From Sulfolobales archaeon HS-7 (GTDB lineage: Archaea; Thermoproteota; Thermoprotei_A; Sulfolobales; Sulfolobaceae): a DNA stretch of 64,000 nucleotides. Positions 34,587-44,721 of the stretch are shown in pieces; within the stretch, counting starts at the first letter, position 1; every line of letters begins with the position of its first letter. The stretch is from positions 1,728,001-1,792,000 of the forward strand of contig AP024596.1 in assembly GCA_019704295.1 (NCBI GenBank). Direction: 5' to 3'. A program made the position numbers and the translations under genes. The notes below the pieces were generated by a model. It saw only the letters and a program-made list of their open reading frames with translations. It searched no databases and had not been told where the DNA came from.

Positions 34587-35219
34587 ATGGCCCGAAATAG
34601 AAAAGACAGCGATAAGGACGACCATGACGAAGTTGTCTTAACGCCAGTAAGAAAAAGGGCCCATGACAAGTTTGTAAAGCTACTTGGTAAGTACACACAT
34701 GTTATTTACGATGACAACAAAACGCCTACTAAGGCTAGTTCAATGAGCGAAATGCTAGACGTAATGACGGATACCTCGCAGAAGCTAGGTACAGATCTTA
34801 ACGTGATAGTACTTTCAATGTTTCTCTTACCTGCAGTAAAGCAGGCTGGGCTAAACTTGGCGCCGTTGGAATTAATAATGCAATATAAGGACACTAGGGA
34901 CGATAAAATAGTGAAAAATGTCCAGAATCTTGGTAAGAACCTGTCAGAAATACTTAAAAATTTGGAATGCTTTAACAATTGCGTAAATCTCACTGTAAAG
35001 GTCTTAACGGAGTGGATGATGCCGGAAAGTACAGCAATGATATCTAGTGAGGGCAACGAATTCAAAATTACCTTAATTCACAGGAGAAGTATAGGAACGG
35101 AAATAAAGCAATTTTCTCTAACCGTAATAGAGGGTTTTCTGGGTGGTTACGGTTACGCAATAGCTGAGAGACAGATCGAGGAGACGTCCGGGATGCTGAG
35201 GTTCGTGAAAAATGAATGA
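34587..35219 (+). CDS. Hypothetical protein, possible V4R/H-NOX-like C-terminal domain
   Basis: LGKNL...F...IEGFLGGYGY pattern; apparently paralogous to the next gene. Confidence 0.6.
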   Translation: MARNRKDSDKDDHDEVVLTPVRKRAHDKFVKLLGKYTHVIYDDNKTPTKASSMSEMLDVMTDTSQKLGTDLNVIVLSMFLLPAVKQAGLNLAPLELIMQYKDTRDDKIVKNVQNLGKNLSEILKNLECFNNCVNLTVKVLTEWMMPESTAMISSEGNEFKITLIHRRSIGTEIKQFSLTVIEGFLGGYGYAIAERQIEETSGMLRFVKNE

Positions 35220-35751
35220 GGAAGAAATTAAAAGCAGGAAGATGATTGCGATTAAACCAGAGCTTCACAACAAATTAAAAAAAATTAGCGAAAGTTCTGG
35301 AATACCGCTTTTCACCATAACTAACAATATTCTAGAAGAGGCCTTACGGTTATATGATATGAAGATTCCAGCGTCGGAATTGTATAACATTATCCAAGCT
35401 ATTATAATGTTTAGGGATATCGGTTTCATACCTTTTCCCTATTCCCATGTAACCAAAAGTCGAACTGAGGATTGGGAGAAATTAGGGGAAACTGTGGGTA
35501 TCTATATGACCAATATTGGAAAAGGGAGTAAAGAAGACGTAATTAATTTTGCTAAGATGTACTTATTTCTGATAGGAGTTAACCCCCTTCATTTCTCAAA
35601 TGGAAAGAAAGGAGTATTTGCATCAGGTACGGCAATAACTCAAGACTTTATAGAAAAAATAGGAAATTTCTTTAATGGTATCATAAGGAAAACGGGGACT
35701 GGGTTAACGGTAAAAGCGACATATCAGTACATTTCAATAGAAGAAGTTTGA
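35212..35751 (+). CDS. Ribbon-helix-helix protein with possible V4R-like C-terminal domain
   Basis: RKMIAIKPELHNKLKKISESSGIPLFTITNNILEEAL is RHH-like; WEKLGETVG...FFNGII follows. Confidence 0.65.
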   Translation: MNEEEIKSRKMIAIKPELHNKLKKISESSGIPLFTITNNILEEALRLYDMKIPASELYNIIQAIIMFRDIGFIPFPYSHVTKSRTEDWEKLGETVGIYMTNIGKGSKEDVINFAKMYLFLIGVNPLHFSNGKKGVFASGTAITQDFIEKIGNFFNGIIRKTGTGLTVKATYQYISIEEV

Positions 35752-36650
35752 TTTTTGCAGGAGTTGATCCTGGAACTGACACGTGGGCATTTGCATCAGT
35801 TAACGAAATAGGAAATCTAATTGATTACTTTGAAATACCAGCTGTCCTGGTGGAAAAAGATTACGTGAGTCTCTTTAACAGGCTGTTAAGGAATAAACCT
35901 AAGCTAATTGCACTGCCTTCGGGTCACGGGATGCCTTTCCTAACTTGTAGGGAAATTGGGAATCGTGAGATCTTCTTTATGACATTAAAGGATCCGTTTG
36001 AGACTGGTCCTTTAAGGAACTTCTTAATTTACGCGAGGAGTTTCTGTAACGTAATCACGATTCCTGGCGTAAAGGAATTGCTCTCTATCAGCGAGAGTAA
36101 GAAAAGGAACTTAATAGATATGGGAACAGCAGACAAGGTTGCGTCGGCCTTTTTTTACATAACTAGATTTCCAGGATTCGTTCTCGTCGAAATGGGAAGA
36201 CATTTCTCAGCAATCATTGTTGTAGTGGATAGAAAAATCGTAAATGGTGTGGGAGGAAGTGTTTTACCAGGTCTGAGATCTAATGGTGCAATAGATGGGG
36301 AAATAGCTTACCTACTATCTAAATACTCAAAAATCTCGAAGGAGTCGATCTATGAGGGGGGGAATCTAGAAAGATCAATTGAGGTGATAGAGTCTATCGC
36401 ATCCTACTACTCCAGGAAACATAATGTTCCCATCATTATCTCTGGACCAGCGAAAGACGTATTTCCTTACGGAATCAAATTCCAACTCCCTTATAAAGAA
36501 GCTGCAGTCGGTGCAGCGCTAATAGCAAACGCTTTTGGAGGCGGTTATTACAGGAAATATATGGAGTCAGTTATTTCTGCCGGGAATCCGCTATCTTACA
36601 TAGACATTAAGGGATGGGAGAAGATAGTTTCCTTGATAGAGACGCTTTAA
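35748..36650 (+). CDS. DUF1464-family ASKHA-fold (kinase-like) protein
   Basis: GVDPGT, PSGHG, IDMGTADKV, VEMG, IDGEIAY and EAAVGAA. Confidence 0.8.
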   Translation: MIFAGVDPGTDTWAFASVNEIGNLIDYFEIPAVLVEKDYVSLFNRLLRNKPKLIALPSGHGMPFLTCREIGNREIFFMTLKDPFETGPLRNFLIYARSFCNVITIPGVKELLSISESKKRNLIDMGTADKVASAFFYITRFPGFVLVEMGRHFSAIIVVVDRKIVNGVGGSVLPGLRSNGAIDGEIAYLLSKYSKISKESIYEGGNLERSIEVIESIASYYSRKHNVPIIISGPAKDVFPYGIKFQLPYKEAAVGAALIANAFGGGYYRKYMESVISAGNPLSYIDIKGWEKIVSLIETL

Positions 36651-37522
36651 TGGATAAAAGAGGAAATTACTACATAGTAATTGGTAATGCGCATCCTAGA
36701 GGTTACGTTATTGCTTACCTAAAGTACGTAAAAGGGAATGGCTTATGGAGAGGCTATCAACGTGTACTTCCGCAATACGGAATTAAGAACGTTTTACAAC
36801 TAAGTCAGGAGTTCTCCTTTGAACCTTGCATGGACGTTTCTGTCCCAATTATTAGAACATCTGAAATATGGCTTCATTTAAGACCACAAGATGCCCTTAC
36901 CCGGATTATTAGACATCCTTCTGACAACTTAGAGTTCGTTGCCGTTGAGATGATTAGTCGTTTAGGAACTAATTCGGCGGGAATAGCTGGTTCCCTGATG
37001 CTGGGAATACATCATGAGGATTCCGATATAGACGTGATATATTATGGATGTAAGCGTTCCTTGGATGTAATGCATAGCTTTGAGGGATTTGAAACCGATA
37101 AAGACTGGATCGTTGAAGTAAGTCAGAATTATGGATTAAAGCCCATAAAGGACCTCTACTCTATAAAAAGGCGAGGAATCTTCAAGGGAAAAAAATACTC
37201 TATTAACTTCGTAAATGATAAACCTGAGAAGTTCTGCAAAGAATCATGTAATAAGGTGGGTAGGCAAAAGTTAGTTGCTTACGTAGAGCCTGAATCATGT
37301 GAAGCACTTTTTTATCCAATTTCGATGAATTTATTCGATACTAACGTAATTAGTGGCCCCTCGGTTAAACCAGATAAGGTGATGTCATATGAAGGAGTGA
37401 TTTCCAATCTACTATTTGTCGGGGGACGTTTTAAAATGGAAGGAATGTTAATGAAATGCGATACAGGATTCAAGTTAATTCTCGGGGATAGGGATGTCGG
37501 TCTTAAAATTGACAAACTGTAG
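36614..37522 (+). CDS. Pol-beta-type nucleotidyltransferase (archaeal COG1665-like)
   Basis: FLDRD..., AYLKY and GIAGSLMLG.HHEDSDIDV.YYG. Confidence 0.8.
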   Translation: MGEDSFLDRDALMDKRGNYYIVIGNAHPRGYVIAYLKYVKGNGLWRGYQRVLPQYGIKNVLQLSQEFSFEPCMDVSVPIIRTSEIWLHLRPQDALTRIIRHPSDNLEFVAVEMISRLGTNSAGIAGSLMLGIHHEDSDIDVIYYGCKRSLDVMHSFEGFETDKDWIVEVSQNYGLKPIKDLYSIKRRGIFKGKKYSINFVNDKPEKFCKESCNKVGRQKLVAYVEPESCEALFYPISMNLFDTNVISGPSVKPDKVMSYEGVISNLLFVGGRFKMEGMLMKCDTGFKLILGDRDVGLKIDKL

Positions 37523-38384
37523 GGACATAGCAAGAAGAATAACATATGCATCAATAAAGGAGATTCTAACAAATAAGCCAGGTAACGCGTCTCCTAAAAA
37601 GGATATAAGGAGTGTTAAGTTCTCCGAGATATTAAGTAACGCTATGGAACTTGAACCTTACTATTATCAACTTTGCATGAAGGGAGTCTCTCAAGAAAAA
37701 GGGATATACGACCATCTATATTCCGCAATAGTTGAATCTAAGAAAAAAGGGATATCTTTTCACTTACTGGGTACGGCTTTATTAAATATGCCCATTGCGT
37801 ATGTTGCTGGCACTTCTCCAAATCTAGCGGATTTACGTAGTGGATTAGGACGAGTAATTAGGGAGTTAGATCAAACGGAGTTTGACAATTTCAGGAAATC
37901 CCTGCAAATCGTTAGCCCCAGCTATTTGGGTAGGTTAGATATGTCAGATTACAGAAACTTCTCAGGCAGTATGTACGATGTTCTGGTAGTATCTTCTGAA
38001 TCTGACAGAAATTGCTCTAACATGGTTAACGGTTACGTTATATCCTTCGAAATATATGAGTGGTTCAAAAGTAATGGCGACTCTGAGGAGACTGTTACTT
38101 TAGAATTCCTCAATCTCCTCTCCAATTATCCAGACACTCTCCTCTACAGGAAACACGGAGGAAGGGTATCACTGCAAGTTTCTGAACTAGTTAGGTCAAT
38201 GCTCAACAGTACGGCAAACATTATGGGAATATCGGAATTCCTAGACAGGTATCTTACGGAAAGAGGTTTCAACCCTGGTTCGACGGCTGACTTAATAGCA
38301 TCAGGTCTAGCACTATATTATTTGGATAAGCTATATAGTAATAGAAATAATGAGAGTTTTACTTATAACGAAAACCCTATGTAA
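37494..38384 (+). CDS. CitG-family (triphosphoribosyl-dephospho-CoA synthase-like) protein
   Basis: E....KPGN, LGT.LL..P, PDTLLYRKHG and NPGSTADL. Confidence 0.85.
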   Translation: MSVLKLTNCRDIARRITYASIKEILTNKPGNASPKKDIRSVKFSEILSNAMELEPYYYQLCMKGVSQEKGIYDHLYSAIVESKKKGISFHLLGTALLNMPIAYVAGTSPNLADLRSGLGRVIRELDQTEFDNFRKSLQIVSPSYLGRLDMSDYRNFSGSMYDVLVVSSESDRNCSNMVNGYVISFEIYEWFKSNGDSEETVTLEFLNLLSNYPDTLLYRKHGGRVSLQVSELVRSMLNSTANIMGISEFLDRYLTERGFNPGSTADLIASGLALYYLDKLYSNRNNESFTYNENPM

Positions 38385-38829
38385 TGAGTTGATGGTTCAG
38401 AAGGTTAATCGCTTTAACGTTGACGCCGTAATAGGAGTTGGAGATGTTACTTGTCCCGAAAGGTTTAAGGGATTTAAGGGTCTACATGGGGAGCTTGATG
38501 GGGTACACGCGTATAAGTATATTATGAGGAATAGGTTTACTTCCTCGTTAGCGTTATCTTCAGATTTTACGACGGAGTATGTGGTAAGCCATATGCCGCC
38601 ATTGGGCTCCACAACTGCAGTGGTAAACGGGGTTTATATTGGTTCGATTGAGGTTACGGAGTTAGTGAAAAGACATAAACCTAAGATCTTATTTCACGGA
38701 CACGTAGAGGACCAGGGCAAGGGGCTAATTAATGGCGTCCTCGTAGTTTCCATCGGTTCGTTAGATAGGGGTCGTGCAATACTATTTGATGAAGAAAGGC
38801 TTTTTTTCGAATTCCTAGAAATTAAGTAA
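38350..38829 (+). CDS. Short metallophosphoesterase-like protein
   Basis: GVGD, GELD, SHMPP and FHGHVE. Confidence 0.75.
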   Translation: MRVLLITKTLCNELMVQKVNRFNVDAVIGVGDVTCPERFKGFKGLHGELDGVHAYKYIMRNRFTSSLALSSDFTTEYVVSHMPPLGSTTAVVNGVYIGSIEVTELVKRHKPKILFHGHVEDQGKGLINGVLVVSIGSLDRGRAILFDEERLFFEFLEIK

Positions 38830-39435
38830 ATTCCTTCTTTTCATTTCTTCTAGGACGTCTTTAACGGGTATTGGCGGTTCGACTCCGTAATTGTCCTTGA
38901 AAGCGTGCTCTATATCAGTTTTTACACCGTTATCAAGGAGTTTCCTTATCAGATTTATCTCATCTTCCCAATAGTTCCAAGGATACATAAACCATGCCCA
39001 ATCTGTAATGGTCGCGGCATAGTAGTCCGGTTTAATCCTCGCAGTACTTTCGATATACTGCATAGTAGATGTTCTTATCGCACCAGGATTGAAATTATCG
39101 CTTACAAATTTCTTCGCTATCTCGAGACTATCCCCAGTGTCACATATATCATCGACTATTAATACATTCCCTCCCTTTAAGTCAAGTTTATACGGGAACT
39201 TAATTTTAGCTTCGACGTCCTTGTTAGCGGTCTGCACCCAATGTTCAACTTTTATTGAAATTACGTCAAGGACGCCTAACGCGTCGGCAACTAACCTGGC
39301 CGGTACCAAACCTCCGCGTGCAATTGCAATGATTACGTCTACCTTATATTCGTCCCTTTTGATCTTATCGCTTATGCCAGAACTCCAGTTTACTATATCG
39401 TCCCAGTCGACCACCCTAACGGGTATCTTGACCAA
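38815..39435 (-). CDS. Purine phosphoribosyltransferase (HGXPRT-like)
   Basis: [18 protein letters not shown] and W.MYPW. Confidence 0.9.
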   Translation of the reverse strand: MVKIPVRVVDWDDIVNWSSGISDKIKRDEYKVDVIIAIARGGLVPARLVADALGVLDVISIKVEHWVQTANKDVEAKIKFPYKLDLKGGNVLIVDDICDTGDSLEIAKKFVSDNFNPGAIRTSTMQYIESTARIKPDYYAATITDWAWFMYPWNYWEDEINLIRKLLDNGVKTDIEHAFKDNYGVEPPIPVKDVLEEMKRRNLLNF

Positions 39436-39522
39436 AAACTATCCCCCTCAAAATTAATCGTAGTGTTAATTAGCTTTTCTAGAGATAGTTAATACTTGTT
39501 TTGACAAAAATGTTCTTATTAA

Positions 39523-39804
39523 TTAAGACACGTAGAGTAATCCAGCCTTTTTCATAGATTCTTCGATCATAATCTTGACTATGTCACTTTTGAAACCTGC
39601 ACATGAGATCATTATCACCTTTCCTTTCCTCTCATCACAAACTATTTTACACATCAAGTTGTAGTTTGTAGACTTCAAGATCAAATCATGAACCATTCCA
39701 AAAGTCTGTTCTTGCTTGAGAAATATCTTAATCCCCTGAACCTCGATCAGTAGTCTGCCGTCAGTCGACCGCTTAAATATGTCGCAATTGAGGGGATCGA
39801 TCAT
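39523..39804 (-). CDS. Hypothetical protein
   Basis: Coupled ORF in a 3-gene unit. Confidence 0.65.
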   Translation of the reverse strand: MIDPLNCDIFKRSTDGRLLIEVQGIKIFLKQEQTFGMVHDLILKSTNYNLMCKIVCDERKGKVIMISCAGFKSDIVKIMIEESMKKAGLLYVS

Positions 39805-40139
39805 TTTATCACTATTGTCAGATCTTTGTCACATAACAGTCTCCTGTTTTGATAAAATGGAACCACTTTATCCTGAATTTCCTTTGCTATGCACTGCAGA
39901 TAGGGGACATATTCTTCAGGAACATCTATGACCTCATAGAAGTAAAGTTGACCCTCTATGAAGGGAGGCACCCTATATCCTCCTAGACTAACCTTACCGT
40001 CCAAGTAATCGACAAAGAGAACCCTATTCTGATTTCTAATCAGCAGGTTTGCGTTCTTGATAAAAGACGCAGAGCCCTTCACTTCCGATTTAAAAATTTT
40101 TTTTCCCTTAAGCGTAATTTTTAGTAGCAAAGGGATCAC
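39801..40139 (-). CDS. Hypothetical protein
   Basis: Coupled ORF (GTGA/ATGA overlaps). Confidence 0.65.
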   Translation of the reverse strand: MIPLLLKITLKGKKIFKSEVKGSASFIKNANLLIRNQNRVLFVDYLDGKVSLGGYRVPPFIEGQLYFYEVIDVPEEYVPYLQCIAKEIQDKVVPFYQNRRLLCDKDLTIVIK

Positions 40140-40531
40140 TCAAACATGAGCTTTTGAAGTTTAGCGTAGTAATAAAGTAATATTATTTGAATAACGCACA
40201 AAGCCATTATGGAGCCTATAAACAATAGAAGGTAAGTTGGAGGAGAAAACGCTATTATGTAACCAGAGTATATAACTATTGCTAAAATCGATTTAAGTAT
40301 TCCGTAGTACTCAGCGTATTTTAAGCTCATGGTTATCATGGCAAGGATTAACACGTTAAATAAGGCAGATATTAGAGGAACACCTATCAAGACCTGTCTC
40401 TCTACTATATTGGTTATTGGAAGTCCCACGTAAGTCAGTACGGAATATAGCGCTGTTGATAATATGATGTTAATCGAATAAACTATTGATGACGATACTG
40501 TAAGTACCCTATTCATTTCTCTAGTGTCCAA
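40136..40531 (-). CDS. Hypothetical 4-TM membrane protein
   Basis: Four hydrophobic segments. Confidence 0.7.
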   Translation of the reverse strand: MDTREMNRVLTVSSSIVYSINIILSTALYSVLTYVGLPITNIVERQVLIGVPLISALFNVLILAMITMSLKYAEYYGILKSILAIVIYSGYIIAFSPPTYLLLFIGSIMALCVIQIILLYYYAKLQKLMFE

Positions 40532-40782
40532 TCACTCTCGCCAAGAAGATAATATATGTTTTCAAGAATAAAAAGTTATCTTTAGAAATGATACGAAGTA
40601 AATAATTAGCTTTTATCGGCCAAAATATATTCTGAAGATGATATAGATTTTGTTAAACTGGCATTCTTACTAGTTGAGTTATTAACCGAGTAGGTTGCTA
40701 AGGTTTGAAGGAAATACTTTTCGGTATTATAGTAAAACGTTAATAAGGACAGAGTTTTTAATATAAGCTAGAGGGGATAATT

Positions 40783-41250
40783 TTGTCACAGCCTGGAACT
40801 TCGAAGTCGAAGGAACTTAAAATCACATCGAAACAGGTAGTCTCAAAGAACGCGATTAATGAAGACCCTAAAAAAGCAAAACTTCTGTACATAATAAAGG
40901 TTGTAGGACCGATATCTGAAAGGGGACTTTTTTCCCTAATAAAAGATCTTCAAGAAAAAAATGTTAATTTAGGATATGAGTTTACCGAAGTAGCTGGAAA
41001 GCTTACTAGTATCACATTAAGAGAGGACATAACACAGCTACTCTATTTAGGCTACGTGGAAAACGACGTCAATGACAAGAGGTTGAAAATAACTGGTGAC
41101 GGGGATGAGGCATTAGCTAGTGTAAACATAGAGAACGAGTTCGCTTCGGCATTAAGTAACGCAATAACTGAATTAAAAACTAAAATCCGTGCAATTGATC
41201 TGGAAGAAACGGAAAAAATAAAGAGAGAGAGGAGGCAAAGACGTCGTTAG
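40783..41250 (+). CDS. Hypothetical winged-helix protein
   Basis: LREDI..L.YLGYVE ... KITGDG wing pattern and a basic tail. Confidence 0.65.
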   Translation: MSQPGTSKSKELKITSKQVVSKNAINEDPKKAKLLYIIKVVGPISERGLFSLIKDLQEKNVNLGYEFTEVAGKLTSITLREDITQLLYLGYVENDVNDKRLKITGDGDEALASVNIENEFASALSNAITELKTKIRAIDLEETEKIKRERRQRRR

Positions 41251-41670
41251 TCAAATCATAGGGAAAGTGTTTCTCCTTCCAGTACTCTGACCCTGATTTT
41301 GCTCTTCAGGTTGCTTTATCCATATTAATGGATCGAGTTGATCTGAATCCTTGAGTTTAGTTATGATGTCCTTAAACTGACTTGTATGTCTTATGTCAAG
41401 TTCTAGCAACTGTAAGAGAATAGACCATGAAGTTTTCTGTACGTCTATTAGCATCTCCTTCGGCATATGTTTTATTACTAAGGGGTCTTGCAACCATTGA
41501 TCAAAGGCCTTCAAGGTCCTCATCATGTGTTGAAAGGCATATCTCGAGTCGAGGATAAGATCTAATCGATCACCGCCTTCCTCCTTATCTCCTCTCTGTT
41601 TTATAAGCTCAAGTAGATTCTTCTGAACCTTTATCCACTCGTCCAGGTTAGATATAAATGAATTCTCCAA
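41251..41670 (-). CDS. DUF2153-family protein
   Basis: DRLDLI...[20 protein letters not shown] and LELDIRHTS. Confidence 0.8.
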   Translation of the reverse strand: MENSFISNLDEWIKVQKNLLELIKQRGDKEEGGDRLDLILDSRYAFQHMMRTLKAFDQWLQDPLVIKHMPKEMLIDVQKTSWSILLQLLELDIRHTSQFKDIITKLKDSDQLDPLIWIKQPEEQNQGQSTGRRNTFPMI

Positions 41671-41848
41671 ACCCAGTACACCTCACGTACAGCATACGAT
41701 TAGCTAGTTAAAAAGATATATACAATCTAGAAGTTTCCTTGAATAACGCCATTATAGACGTTGAGTAAAGTCGTTCTAGCCAGGGGGTTCTCGTTAGGGG
41801 TACTAGCATAGTCATGAGTTTTATTACTGGAATATCAACTTTGACTAT

Positions 41849-42517
41849 ATGGGAAGAAAACCTAGCTTAGCTAGTGGTAAGCATGTGCAAGTGGCATTAG
41901 ATTTCATAGCGTTAGAAAAAGCTTTGGTTGTAGCTATTAATTCAATTAAAGCTGGCGTTACTATAGTTGAGGCAGGAACGCCGTTAGTTAAGGCAGAGGG
42001 AATTAAAGGACTTAAGGTATTAAGGGCCATTTCACCTGATATTTTATTACTTGCCGATACCAAGACAGCCGATGCAGGAGACGTTGAGGCCGAAATAGCG
42101 AGCCAGGGAGGAGCAAATATTATGACTGTCTTAGGAGCTATGGACGACTCAACAATCAGCTCCGCCGTCAAAAGGGCTAACGAGTCGGGAATTTTAGTTC
42201 AGGTCGACATGATAAACGTCAAAGATCCCGTAAAGCGTGCTAGGGAAGTAAGTAAGTTAGGTGTAGATATAATAGGGTTTCACGTAGGTCTTGACGTCCA
42301 AAAGACTAGAAATATTTCTGTGTCGTCTTTAAGAGAGGAAATTGTTGAGGTCTCATCCCTGGAGATCCCGATATCTGTTGCTGGAGGATTAAACCCTGAG
42401 AGAATAACGGAATTGGCGGACCTACCTATTTCCATATTCGTAGTAGGTTCCTATATTACGTCCAGTTCGAACCCATATGACACGGCTTTAAGGTGTGTTA
42501 AGGCCTTACATCCCTAG
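41849..42517 (+). CDS. 3-hexulose-6-phosphate synthase (HUMPS/OMPDC family)
   Basis: QVALD, EAGTPLVKAEG, ADTKTADAG, HVGLD.Q and VAGG. Confidence 0.88.
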   Translation: MGRKPSLASGKHVQVALDFIALEKALVVAINSIKAGVTIVEAGTPLVKAEGIKGLKVLRAISPDILLLADTKTADAGDVEAEIASQGGANIMTVLGAMDDSTISSAVKRANESGILVQVDMINVKDPVKRAREVSKLGVDIIGFHVGLDVQKTRNISVSSLREEIVEVSSLEIPISVAGGLNPERITELADLPISIFVVGSYITSSSNPYDTALRCVKALHP

Positions 42518-42930
42518 GGATATTCAACTAGAGCGTATTTACCCTGACCCTCATATACTTTTACTGAAATCCGGAATTTCTGACCTAGTTTATTATGTAG
42601 TGACTTAGCCATTTCCATAGCTATGAATTCTGCCGTAGCAAAGCTGTCCTTCACTACCCTTATGTCTGTCCTGAAAGGACCATGTAAGGTTATCTTATCT
42701 AAATCCTTTTCTGGAATAAGCAATTTATGATCCCATCCTCTCAACTCCTCACATACTACTGTCTGAAGTGTGTTGAAGTCGAGAACAAATCCTGTTTTTT
42801 CATCAACCTCTCCTTCAACTTCTACGGAGACAAGATAAGTGTGCCCGTGTATCTGATCGTCTGATGGTGAGGAAAGAGTATAATGAGCTGCGTCGAAAGC
42901 CTTTCCTTCAATTCCGATTTTAACTTTCAT
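42514..42930 (-). CDS. 6-pyruvoyl-tetrahydropterin synthase/QueD-family (COG0720) protein, Cys-less variant
   Basis: FDAAH...HGHTY, GFVLDF, DH, TAE and VYEG. Confidence 0.88.
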   Translation of the reverse strand: MKVKIGIEGKAFDAAHYTLSSPSDDQIHGHTYLVSVEVEGEVDEKTGFVLDFNTLQTVVCEELRGWDHKLLIPEKDLDKITLHGPFRTDIRVVKDSFATAEFIAMEMAKSLHNKLGQKFRISVKVYEGQGKYALVEYP

Positions 42931-43409
42931 TCGAGTAACCTTCTAATGTTATTCTCAAATAGATTCCACAACGACTCGCTTAAGTAATTTATCTGATCAC
43001 ATATGTCCCTTAGGTCCTTATCGTTATCGATCGCTTTCTGAATCTCATTTAGGACTGTCATTAACGACTTAAAGTCCCCATCCATTATTTTCCTGTCGTT
43101 AAAGTAAAGAGCGTCACTTACATTAAAATCACCACCCTTCTCTAATTTCCAATAAATAGAATAGACTAAATTGTCTATATTGAGGTTATATTCGCTGAAA
43201 AGTTCGCCAACTCTATCTGAGAGAGTTTTAACATTCTGTTCTATCAGAAATATCATGCTATCTATAATCTCTAGCTGTTCCTTAACCCTCTCATTATTTA
43301 GAATTTCCCTAAATTCGGTAGTTGTAAGGCATTCTACTCCGCATGGGACAACAACATCAATAAGCTTAACTTTAGTACTGGGTTTTTTGCCAAGGTATTC
43401 TGATGACAT
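42927..43409 (-). CDS. Hypothetical protein
   Basis: 160-aa ORF coupled to the PTPS gene. Confidence 0.7.
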   Translation of the reverse strand: MSSEYLGKKPSTKVKLIDVVVPCGVECLTTTEFREILNNERVKEQLEIIDSMIFLIEQNVKTLSDRVGELFSEYNLNIDNLVYSIYWKLEKGGDFNVSDALYFNDRKIMDGDFKSLMTVLNEIQKAIDNDKDLRDICDQINYLSESLWNLFENNIRRLLE

Positions 43410-43463
43410 AATACGCGATCTCCTTCCAAAAATTTATCATTTTGCTAAGAGGTCTTCCTTACA

Positions 43464-43744
43464 GTGAACTCGTTCCTTGTTGGTAGGAGGGGTTTCCTGC
43501 CTCATACCTCCACCTTGCCAGGAGAGCTCCGCAGGTACTAAGGGTCGTATCCCCGAGGTTAACGTCAATGTTCCGTATAAGACTATAATTGAAGCAGACG
43601 TGTATTGCATCCACCCTCGCTTAGGCGTCTTAGTGACACTCACTTCGTCGTGAGTGCGATTAACGTGTTGGCTGCATGCCAACATTTAAATTTATAAAAG
43701 GGGGTTCTCCTCGGTCTCCTGCCCCCTTTGAATTACCAATGAGG
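43464..43744 (-). mobile_element. Non-autonomous IS200/IS605-derived mini-element (omega-RNA-like)
   Basis: Minus strand: left end CCTCATTGGTAATTCAAAGGGGG, TATA CTTTTATAAA, scaffold ATACGACCCTTAGTACCTGCGGAGCTC..GGCAAGGT..TGAGGCAGGAAACCCC, right end GAGTTCAC at 43464. Confidence 0.8.
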
Positions 43745-43781
43745 ATCACATTTAACGAAAAACTATTAGTATTAGGAAGAT

Positions 43782-44390
43782 TCAGAGAGTGAGTATCCAC
43801 TTTCTCTGATCGTTATCGTAGTAGATTATACCATCTTCCACTAATACTCTGAATAACTGACCGAATTCCCCTAGAAGATCAATTGCCTTTTCCACACTGT
43901 TTACACTTATCGATGAAAGCCTCTCCTGAAACTTCTTATAATACTCTGGGTCTACTAGGATAAGATTCCCTTTTTTCGTAGATATAACTTTAAGACCATA
44001 CTCCCTTGCTCTGTCCTTAAAAGCTTTTGAATTTCTTAGAGTATTCTCATTCCTTACAGTAAATCCCCTTTCCCTAACGATATCTTTAATTGTCCTCTTC
44101 TCAGGTTCCCTCTTCTCCCCGGTATCACTCTCCTCCATGCTTTTTCCAGCTGATTGAAGCGTCTCTTGTAATTGAGCTATCCTCTTCGCAAGCTCGTCAA
44201 TCTTTGCGGTGAACGGATTAATGAGGTCTTGGATCTTTCTTTCCAATTTAGTCGTGTCAAACTCCTGTGTGCGTTTTTCGAAAAGTTTAGCTCTTACGTA
44301 TTCCGAAAGAAGTGCATACCCCTCTTTTGATGCTTCTCTCAATAGTGCTTGGTACTCGTCATCCGTTAACTTTAAGACTACTGTCTTCAT
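43782..44390 (-). CDS. CopG/RHH-domain coiled-coil protein
   Basis: N-terminal KTVVLKLTDDEY..L...A..EG...SEYVR RHH, a central coiled coil and a C-terminal wHTH-like segment. Confidence 0.75.
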   Translation of the reverse strand: MKTVVLKLTDDEYQALLREASKEGYALLSEYVRAKLFEKRTQEFDTTKLERKIQDLINPFTAKIDELAKRIAQLQETLQSAGKSMEESDTGEKREPEKRTIKDIVRERGFTVRNENTLRNSKAFKDRAREYGLKVISTKKGNLILVDPEYYKKFQERLSSISVNSVEKAIDLLGEFGQLFRVLVEDGIIYYDNDQRKWILTL

Positions 44391-44666
44391 TGTATTCCTT
44401 CTGTTATAATTTCATTATAAAATCTATACTATAGTTCTCTTACCGTAGTGAATAGTAATCTAATCCCTCCTAAAAGGAGAACCAAAACCACAATGACAAA
44501 GGTTTTGTAAATTAGAGTAGATCTAAGTTATAATTCAGTGAAAAAGTTTTATATTTAAGCAATTTTAAATACAGTAAAGATATATTCTCGTATCTAATTC
44601 TTTGAAGTTAGAGTAAATGAAAACGTGTTAAATAAAAACTCCACATTAACCCTACTCAGGAAAAAC

Positions 44667-44721
44667 CTTCAGATACCCCAGAGCGCTATCACCGTTCCAT
44701 CTGGCATGACTTTCATCATAT
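44667..44721 (-). ncRNA. C/D-box sRNA candidate
   Basis: Minus strand ATGATGA-aagtcatgc-CAGA-tggaacg-GTGATAG-cgctctggggtat-CTGA, immediately after the rpoK stop. Confidence 0.75.

Noticed and set aside
43437-43685. 82-aa ORF on the - strand
   Set aside because: It lies within the mini-element, and no comparable ORF appears at the sister copies in the ORF track.
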